Source: Candidatus Lustribacter sp.
GTDB lineage: Bacteria; Vulcanimicrobiota; Vulcanimicrobiia; Vulcanimicrobiales; Vulcanimicrobiaceae
Direction of reading: 5' to 3'
Assembly (NCBI GenBank): GCA_965277805.1
Contig: OZ255842.1
Coordinates: 544,001-608,000, forward strand
Length of the DNA: 64,000 nt
In this document: one piece after another, positions 57,431 through 64,000 of the stretch
How the letters are laid out: each line of letters begins with the position of its first letter
Numbering within the stretch: the first letter of the stretch is position 1
Notes under the pieces: model-generated
Told to the model about the DNA's origin: nothing
The model's input: only the letters and a program-made list of their open reading frames with translations
Databases searched by the model: none
Program-made: the position numbers and the translations under genes

Positions 57431-58819
57431 TTATGTGCGGTCCAGGACGCTTCGTAAAGTGAGCGTTACCTCGCCGTGCCCTTGCGGCGAATTCCTGATA
57501 TCGATCGTGCCGCCCCAGCTTTCGACTGCGGCGCGTGCGATCGGGAGTCCTAAGCCGCCGCCGTGCGGCGCCATCGCGGAACCGTCGCGCCATAAGCGAT
57601 CGAATGCATGCACCAATGCACTATTGCTGAACCCTTTGCCGGCGTCCCGAATAATCACGCGAACGCAGTCTCCGACGAGTCTCGATTCGACCTTGACGCG
57701 CCCTCCCGCCCGGCTAAACTTGATCGCGTTGTGAAGAAGAACCAAAAGCACGCGGTCGAACAGCGTCGGCTGCGTCACGGCACACGCCCTAATGGGCGAG
57801 ACCAGGTCGAACGAGATATCGCTGGCAGCAGCGACCGCTTCCATCCGGCTGACGACGGTGCTTAGCATCTGTCCCACATCGGTGACCGTTTCAGGCTCGG
57901 TGCGACAGTCCGTCTCGCCCAACATGAGGAGGGCATCGATGAGCCGATCCATTTGTGACACTTCCGACCTCACCGTTGCCAGCGTATCGCGGTACTTCTC
58001 GGCCGACCGTTCGCGTCGAAGCGCGATATCGACGCTCGCCATGATCACCGTAAGCGGCGCGCGCAAGTCATGCGACGCATTTGCGGTAAACCGCCGTTGC
58101 TCCCGAAATGCCGCGTCTAGGCGATCGAGCATACGATTAAAGGCAAGGCTAAGCTGCCGCAGCTCGCTATCTGCTTCGGGGTTGAGCCGGCGAGTCAGGT
58201 CGAAGGCTTCGATCTCGGCCGCGACTGCTGCCATTCCACGCAGCGGTTCAAGCGCACGGTGAACGACCGAATTCGCGACGAGAATTGCAATGGTCGATAT
58301 GGCCACCAGAAGGATGGTAAGAATCAATGCCGTGATGTGGAGATAGTCGTTAACGAAGTCCAGCGGGCGCCAAATCGCAATTACGGCCGGGCGGCGGCCT
58401 CCGACTGCGGCGCGCGAAAGCATGACGCGTAAGGTCCGTGGGCCATCCTCGACCGTGACGTAGCTCGAGGGGAGCATCGAACGGTTGGCCACCTGCGCAA
58501 CGGCAGCCGGCACCGGCCCACTGGTCCATGTAATAGAGCCATCACGCGAGATAATCGCAGCATTTTGGGCGTTGCTCAGCACAGAACGAAGCCACGCGGA
58601 TGCGCGTTCGTCGAGCGCCGCACCGCCACGATCGGTGATCGCGAGCAGCGCACGTGTCGATGTCGATAGGCGATGGTCGAGATCTGCCATGACGGCTCGA
58701 TCGACGGCCGCGAATGCCGTTAACGAAAAGATTACGAGGCCGGTAACGAACATGCCGATATACGTTAAGACCAGGCGTGCGCGCAGCGATACCGCCGGCT
58801 TTTCGCGAGCGTCTTTCAT
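57431..58819 (-). CDS. HAMP-domain sensor histidine kinase
   Basis: Two TM helices, HAMP, ASHDLRAPL, HNAIKF, GGLGL. Confidence 0.92.
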   Translation of the reverse strand: MKDAREKPAVSLRARLVLTYIGMFVTGLVIFSLTAFAAVDRAVMADLDHRLSTSTRALLAITDRGGAALDERASAWLRSVLSNAQNAAIISRDGSITWTSGPVPAAVAQVANRSMLPSSYVTVEDGPRTLRVMLSRAAVGGRRPAVIAIWRPLDFVNDYLHITALILTILLVAISTIAILVANSVVHRALEPLRGMAAVAAEIEAFDLTRRLNPEADSELRQLSLAFNRMLDRLDAAFREQRRFTANASHDLRAPLTVIMASVDIALRRERSAEKYRDTLATVRSEVSQMDRLIDALLMLGETDCRTEPETVTDVGQMLSTVVSRMEAVAAASDISFDLVSPIRACAVTQPTLFDRVLLVLLHNAIKFSRAGGRVKVESRLVGDCVRVIIRDAGKGFSNSALVHAFDRLWRDGSAMAPHGGGLGLPIARAAVESWGGTIDIRNSPQGHGEVTLTLRSVLDRT

Positions 58820-59104
58820 TGTTCGATCGTCCCATCCCAAGCAAAAAATCCGCTATGCTCTACCATTGGAGGTCTCCTTCCGATGGGCCTCAGTCATCTG
58901 AGAGTCATGTAGGCGCCGCATTGTGGGATCGCTGCGCAATCGGTCTGTATCTGGACGTTAGCGACCTATTCACGAGGGGCGAACTCCGATTCAGCAGAGG
59001 AACGCATGTAATGACCTCACCTCGACTCGGCGCGATAAATTGGCGGAAGAAAGAAATTTCACCAGTTTGTCGCCACCAATCTATTGGAGGCCTCCTAACA
59101 CGTT

Positions 59105-61198
59105 ATGATCCGAAAGCTAACGAAAGCGATCGGAGTTTTGCTTATGCTCGGGTTCATTACCCCGAGCCTTGCAATAGCCGATCCGACTGCTACGGCCGGC
59201 GCGACTGATGTCGCCCAAGCCGGTCCCCTCTCCGACGTCCCGCGAAATAGCTGGGCGTATGACGCCGTCGATCAACTCGCAAAAGACGGCATCATCAAAG
59301 GCTACCCCGACGGCACGTTCAAGGGCAACCGCCCGATGACGCGCTATGAAGCTGCAGTGCTGGCGTATCGCGCGGTCGACATGATCGAAGCGCAGATCAC
59401 CGCCGGTAAAGCCGTCGAAAAAGCCGACATCGATGCGGCCAACAAGCTCATCGCCACGTATGGCGCCGAGCTCAAAGCGGTCGAACGTCATGTCGACGCG
59501 CTGCAGCAAGAAGCAGACGCGACGAAGACCGGCCTCGCAGCCACCGACAAGCGCGTTTCCGGTCAAGCCGGTCAGATTCAAGCGCTGAGCGACTTCGACA
59601 AGAAGGCGTACATCAAGTTCACCAGCATCGATACCGGCTTCGTTTACAGCGGTAACATCAACGGTAACTGCGGTAACGCAGCCGCCTACGGGCCCGCGTC
59701 CGGCAGCGCGTTCTGCGCGGCCAACGGTCCCGGCGCCGCGCTTCCGGCGGGCCAGCGCACGAACGGTTACAACCCGGCCGTCGGTACCGCTCCGGGCGGC
59801 AGCGCGGGCAACCTTCCCATCGGTCAGGTCAACCGCGGCGTGAGCTTCATGTATCAGAAGGTCTCGCTGACCGGTACGCCCAGCCCGAACACCGCGTTCC
59901 TGATCGAATTCGGCGACTCGGTCCGTCCGGTTCAAACGAGCGGCGCGTCGAACAGCGCCAGTTCGAATGCGTATTGCGCGCCGTCGTCGGGGCAAAACTT
60001 CCTCAACGGCAACCTCGCGGAGCCGACGACGCTGTCGAACTGTTCGGGTACCAACGCCAGTGGTGCTGAATACAACAACGGCGAACCCGGTGGTGCATTC
60101 GGTTACAACAACATCTGGATCCAAACGTCGATCCCGAACTCGGGTATCTACCTCCGCGCCGGCCACGTTCAAAACAACGAAGGCCCGACCGGCGGCTCCT
60201 GGCTCGGCGGCGACTACTACTGGGGCGTGATGCTCGGCATCACCAAGGGTAATTTCAACGGGTACATCGGTGCCGGCGTCGGCAACAGTGCCTCGACGAA
60301 CAACGCCTTGGACAACGAGCCCTACACGGCGCAAAACATGACGATCCAAGCCGACTATACGATTCCGCTCGCGCGGCGTGCCTCGGTCAACATCGGTGCC
60401 ATGTACAACAACTACACCGGGTACAGCTCGAGCGAGTGGGATCCGTCGGCCGTCATCTGCACCGGTGCGAACGGCGCAACGCGTTACTTCGCGAACACCG
60501 CTGCCGTGCCGTTCTCGACCTGCGGAACCGCGACGTCGGGCGGCGTCACCGAGGCCCTCGCCCCGCTCACCTATGCCAACGGCACGGCGATCACGGGCGC
60601 GTATCTGAGCGCCGCCAACAACAACAACACGATCTCCGGAACGGGTTGTTCGTGTATCCCGAGCACGACGCCGGGCAACTACGTCTACAGCCTCAGCACC
60701 CCGGGTCTCGTGCTGACGCACCCCATCTCGCAGATCGGTGCACACCTGATCTTCACGTATAACAACGCACGTCTCTACCTCGCCGGTACCTACCGGTTCG
60801 GTAACGACCCCTACACCGGCAAGGCGTGGGTCGGCAATACGACGGGCGACTTCGTGTTCGATCTCGGTCCGTGGCGCGCCGGTCCGGGCAACCACGGGAA
60901 GCTCACGTATGAAGCGCAAGGCTTTGCCGCCGGCTTCAATGCCATGACCCAGAACGTCAACTACTTCGGCGGACCGATTCTCGACAACACCTGGCAAACC
61001 GCTTTCGGCGGCGAGTACTGGGTCGAAACGGGCATCAAGTACTGGGTCAGTGACAACATGTTCCTCGGCGCCGGCATCGGACGTTCCGGCTTGCTGCCGA
61101 ATGTGAGCCTGCCTGCCGGCGGCGTGACCTGCCCCGGCTGCGTCATCACCGGCTTCGGTCAGAACATGGCGTTCCTTCAGGCGAATCTCAACTTCTAG
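59105..61198 (+). CDS. SLH-domain outer-membrane protein (OmpM/SlpA-like), copy B, 697 aa
   Basis: Same architecture as copy A; N-terminal linker 15 aa shorter. Confidence 0.9.
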   Translation: MIRKLTKAIGVLLMLGFITPSLAIADPTATAGATDVAQAGPLSDVPRNSWAYDAVDQLAKDGIIKGYPDGTFKGNRPMTRYEAAVLAYRAVDMIEAQITAGKAVEKADIDAANKLIATYGAELKAVERHVDALQQEADATKTGLAATDKRVSGQAGQIQALSDFDKKAYIKFTSIDTGFVYSGNINGNCGNAAAYGPASGSAFCAANGPGAALPAGQRTNGYNPAVGTAPGGSAGNLPIGQVNRGVSFMYQKVSLTGTPSPNTAFLIEFGDSVRPVQTSGASNSASSNAYCAPSSGQNFLNGNLAEPTTLSNCSGTNASGAEYNNGEPGGAFGYNNIWIQTSIPNSGIYLRAGHVQNNEGPTGGSWLGGDYYWGVMLGITKGNFNGYIGAGVGNSASTNNALDNEPYTAQNMTIQADYTIPLARRASVNIGAMYNNYTGYSSSEWDPSAVICTGANGATRYFANTAAVPFSTCGTATSGGVTEALAPLTYANGTAITGAYLSAANNNNTISGTGCSCIPSTTPGNYVYSLSTPGLVLTHPISQIGAHLIFTYNNARLYLAGTYRFGNDPYTGKAWVGNTTGDFVFDLGPWRAGPGNHGKLTYEAQGFAAGFNAMTQNVNYFGGPILDNTWQTAFGGEYWVETGIKYWVSDNMFLGAGIGRSGLLPNVSLPAGGVTCPGCVITGFGQNMAFLQANLNF

Positions 61199-61216
61199 TC
61201 TTAGGACCGGAGTTGC

Positions 61217-61249
61217 AAAAAGGGGCTCCGCTTCGGCGGGCCCCTTTTT
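61217..61249. terminator. Bidirectional intrinsic terminator
   Basis: AAAAA-GGGGCTCCGC-TTCG-GCGGGCCCC-TTTTT between convergent genes. Confidence 0.9.
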
Positions 61250-61250
61250 G

Positions 61251-62204
61251 TTATTCTTTCTCCGGCTGATGCGGTAGCCGCGACGAATCGAAACTCGCTA
61301 ACCGTTCTCGATCGATCAAGGCTATGCGTCCGCGGACGCGGCGCAAAGCACCGGCTTGTTCGAGCTCGGCAACTGCGCGCGCTACGACCTCTTTGACCGT
61401 GCCGGTTGCCGTCGCAATCTGCGTCAACCGGAGCGAGGGAAGGTTTGCGGGATCGACCATCGAGAGCCCCTTTTCAATCGGAGCATATGGCCGAAGCACA
61501 CCTGCGACGCGCGCGATCAGTTTCTTCGACACATGCGACTGCACCAGCTCGGCAATGGTGCGAACCTGCTGCGCTGCCGCCGCGGCCAGCGCGAGCGCAA
61601 AGCGCGGATCGACCTCAGCCGCCTGTAGAACCTCCGCCCGCGGAAAGAGCAGCAGGTCTGCAGACTCCGCAAGGGTCGCGAAACGAGCGATCGTCGCCCC
61701 ACCGTCAAACAGCACGATGTTTCCGAAGACTTCGGTCTCGAGAGCTTCGAACAGAATCTGGTCGCGGCCGAACGGCGAGCCGACGATCGCAAATACTCGC
61801 CCCCTGCGCACCACGCCGAGGTACGGCCAATCGGACTCCTGTTCCGCGATCGTCGTCTTCCGGCGTACCGTCCGCGGCTCGGCGACCGATGCGAGCGATC
61901 TTCTGGTCGATTCGCTCGAGCCGGCAAAGATCGGGCAGCGGTGCATAAAGTGCGTGATGGAGCGCAAATCGCCGGGAGGAGCGAGCTTACGCAGCGCTAT
62001 TTCCCACCGCTCGCGCGCGAGCCGGCGCTGCGTCCACACGAACCGATGCGAGAACATCTTCTCGAAACGCCGGCGTAGCGGCCGCGGCTCGTAATCGTAG
62101 ATCAGGTGAAGCGTTTCGTCATCGCGCAGATCGGTAAACGCACCGCACACGACTCCGTGGCGCTCCCACACCGGCGTGCTCCGCAGATCCAGGACGCTGT
62201 CCAT
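61251..62204 (-). CDS. DUF2249 + Crp/Fnr-family transcriptional regulator
   Basis: LDLRSTP..ERH...DYEPRPL; cNMP-like barrel; HTH GTVKEVVARAV. Confidence 0.82.
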   Translation of the reverse strand: MDSVLDLRSTPVWERHGVVCGAFTDLRDDETLHLIYDYEPRPLRRRFEKMFSHRFVWTQRRLARERWEIALRKLAPPGDLRSITHFMHRCPIFAGSSESTRRSLASVAEPRTVRRKTTIAEQESDWPYLGVVRRGRVFAIVGSPFGRDQILFEALETEVFGNIVLFDGGATIARFATLAESADLLLFPRAEVLQAAEVDPRFALALAAAAAQQVRTIAELVQSHVSKKLIARVAGVLRPYAPIEKGLSMVDPANLPSLRLTQIATATGTVKEVVARAVAELEQAGALRRVRGRIALIDRERLASFDSSRLPHQPEKE

Positions 62205-62266
62205 CCGGAACTTTTCCCGGCCGGACACAGCTAGGGCCTGCCGATGCTCGGCCGCCTTCGCGCGAA

Positions 62267-62284
62267 TGATAACAAAAGTTACCA
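62267..62284. promoter_or_regulatory. Palindromic Crp/Fnr-type candidate operator
   Basis: TGATAAC-AAAA-GTTACCA between the divergent regulator and ClC genes. Confidence 0.55.
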
Positions 62285-62325
62285 AGCGGCGGCGAAACGG
62301 CGCGCGTTTGCTGAAGGCTACGACG

Positions 62326-64000
62326 ATGCACTCCGTCGCCGAGGTGACCCCGCTCCGCCGCTTGCTGCCGCTCGTCTTCCTCGATCGCGCGGGCAGTCAG
62401 CGCGTGCTGCTCGGCCGGTTCGAGGTCAGTCAGAACGCCATCGTCATTGCCGCCTCCCTCCTCATCGGCGCCGGCGGTGGATACGGTGCGGTCGGCTTCC
62501 GGCGGCTGATCGACTTCGTCAACTGGATCTCGGTGCAAATGATCGGCGGAGCGCTGAAGGCGCACCTCGGAGCGGCGTTCGTTATCGTTCCGCTGGTCGC
62601 AGGCGGTGCGTTCGTCGCATGGTTCGTGGCGCGGTTTGCGTCAGAAGCAAAAGGGCACGGCGTGCCGGAGGTGATGGCCGCAGTGGCTTTGCGTGGGGGC
62701 ATCATGCGGCCGCGCGTGATCTTCGTGAAGACCTTGGCTTCCGCGATATCGATCGGCGTCGGAGGCAGTTGCGGTCGCGAAGGGCCGATCGTGCAGATCG
62801 GCTCCGCGATCGGCTCCGTCATCGGCCAATGGCTGGGCGTGCCGGCGGCGGTGATGCGCACGCTCGTCGCATGCGGCGCTGCCGCCGGCATCTCCGCGAC
62901 CTTCAACGCCCCGATCGGCGGCGTGTTCTTTGCAAGCGAGATCATTCTCGGTGAGTTTGCCCCACGTTCGTTTGCCGCTATCGTTGTTTCGAGCGTTGCC
63001 GCGGCGGTCATCGGTCGTGCCTACCTCGGCAACCGGCCGTCGTTCGATGCCGGGGCGTTCACGCTCGTTTCGCCGCGAGAGTTATGGCTCTACGCGCTGT
63101 TAGGCATCGTGTGTGCGCTCTGGGCGGCATTTTTCGTACGCGGTCTCTATTGGGTCGAAGACCGTTTCGATGGCTTGTCGATTCCGCCGGCGCTGAAAGC
63201 GGCTGCCGGCTTCGGGCTCGTCGGCGTGATCGGGACGGCGTTTCCGCAAGTCCTGGGCGTGGGCTACGATCGCATGCAAGAGGTCTTCTACGAACACGTG
63301 CCGGCGATCCACGCGATCGCTCTCGCCGTGCTCAAGCCGCTGGCGACGTGGTTGACCATCGGCAGCGGCGGCAGCGGGGGCGTGTTCTCGCCGTCTCTCT
63401 TCACCGGCGCCATGCTCGGCGATGCTTTCGGCCGCATCGTACACGACGCGTTTCCAAGCTGGACCGGACCTGCTGCGGCCTACGGCCTCGTCGCAATGGC
63501 CGCCGTGTTTGCGGCGGCGGCCGAGGCGCCGATTACGTCGATCGTCATCGTCTTCGAGATGTCGGACAACTATACGATCATTCTGCCGTTGATGGTATGC
63601 ACGGTGCTGGCGTCGCTGGTCGGACGCCGTCTTGTCGGCGGCACGGTGTACGAACTGAAGCTGATCCGGCGTGGGATCGATTGGGCACGAGCAAGGCGTC
63701 CCGGCGATCTCCGGCACGTGCGCCTGGCGAGCGTGGTTCGAAGGCCCGATCCCACGGCGAACGTAGCTGAGCGCATCGAGGACGTCGCTCATGCGATTGG
63801 GGCATCGAATGAACTCGTGGTTCCGGTCATCGACGACGGACGACTTGCCGGTATCGTCACGGCGAGCGATCTCGCCGTCGCGGTGGCGACCGGAAGAGGT
63901 TCGCATCTCATCACGAGTATCACGCGGCCGGCTCGCGAAACGCTGCCTATCGACGCGACCCTCGAGCAAGCTGCGGCACTGCTCGCGGAGCCGGATACGC
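62326..64000 (+). CDS. ClC-family chloride channel/transporter with CBS domains (runs off the window)
   Basis: Manual translation from ATG 62326: GHGVPE, GREGP, FNAP, GGVFSPSL, C-terminal CBS-like region. Confidence 0.92.
   Translation, partial: MHSVAEVTPLRRLLPLVFLDRAGSQRVLLGRFEVSQNAIVIAASLLIGAGGGYGAVGFRRLIDFVNWISVQMIGGALKAHLGAAFVIVPLVAGGAFVAWFVARFASEAKGHGVPEVMAAVALRGGIMRPRVIFVKTLASAISIGVGGSCGREGPIVQIGSAIGSVIGQWLGVPAAVMRTLVACGAAAGISATFNAPIGGVFFASEIILGEFAPRSFAAIVVSSVAAAVIGRAYLGNRPSFDAGAFTLVSPRELWLYALLGIVCALWAAFFVRGLYWVEDRFDGLSIPPALKAAAGFGLVGVIGTAFPQVLGVGYDRMQEVFYEHVPAIHAIALAVLKPLATWLTIGSGGSGGVFSPSLFTGAMLGDAFGRIVHDAFPSWTGPAAAYGLVAMAAVFAAAAEAPITSIVIVFEMSDNYTIILPLMVCTVLASLVGRRLVGGTVYELKLIRRGIDWARARRPGDLRHVRLASVVRRPDPTANVAERIEDVAHAIGASNELVVPVIDDGRLAGIVTASDLAVAVATGRGSHLITSITRPARETLPIDATLEQAAALLAEPDT

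Larger units (their letters stand above)
58945..61249 (+). repeat. Copy B of the ~2.3 kb direct duplication
   Basis: Aligns by eye with 54327-56671. Confidence 0.92.

Noticed and set aside
58845-58880. tRNA fragment (minus strand AATGGTAGAGCA resembles a D-loop)
   Set aside because: No acceptor stem, anticodon arm or T-arm
54494-60997. Long antisense ORFs (54494-56701, 59117-60997) and similar shadow ORFs across the window
   Set aside because: They mirror well-supported genes and are expected from high-GC codon bias; no motifs
54482-61198. Diversity-generating retroelement TR/VR pair
   Set aside because: Differences involve all four bases and synonymous sites rather than adenines only, both copies are full genes, and no reverse transcriptase is present
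62205-62325. Fluoride riboswitch / fluoride-specific ClC
   Set aside because: No crcB-like motif seen upstream; the protein has GHGVPE and GREGP, typical of chloride-type ClCs
1-64000. CRISPR array, prophage, IS or integron
   Set aside because: No regularly spaced repeats and no cas, transposase, integrase or phage genes recognised

Overview
High-GC bacterial chromosomal segment with no rRNA, tRNA, CRISPR array, integrase or transposase that I can recognise. Gene content (SLH-anchored outer-membrane barrel proteins, many orphan solute-binding proteins) is consistent with a diderm Terrabacterium such as Eremiobacterota; this is an inference, not a database result. Most of the window is a mosaic of aromatic/heterocycle catabolic genes: four Rieske-oxygenase-type large subunits, a xanthine-dehydrogenase-family Mo subunit, two LLM monooxygenases, a TauD dioxygenase, an FAD monooxygenase, a bicupin, several hydrolases, two short MetE-like enzymes, MFS transporters and about nine substrate-binding proteins with no permease or ATPase. 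The right end carries two near-identical SLH-porin genes flanking a two-component system, a DUF2249-Crp regulator and a ClC channel. Most notable observations: (1) a translationally coupled operon (24572-28120) whose CarAa/OxoO-like oxygenase has an in-frame deletion of the Rieske cluster-binding subdomain but keeps the mononuclear-iron ligands, and which also encodes a stand-alone Rieske ferredoxin; (2) the duplicated SLH-porin pair with patchwork identity and different upstream control; (3) two genes that appear to start at ATA and ATC; (4) an LLM operon with a serine-less hydrolase and a TAXI-like protein lacking a signal peptide; (5) a gentisate-dioxygenase-like bicupin with only the C-terminal metal site.
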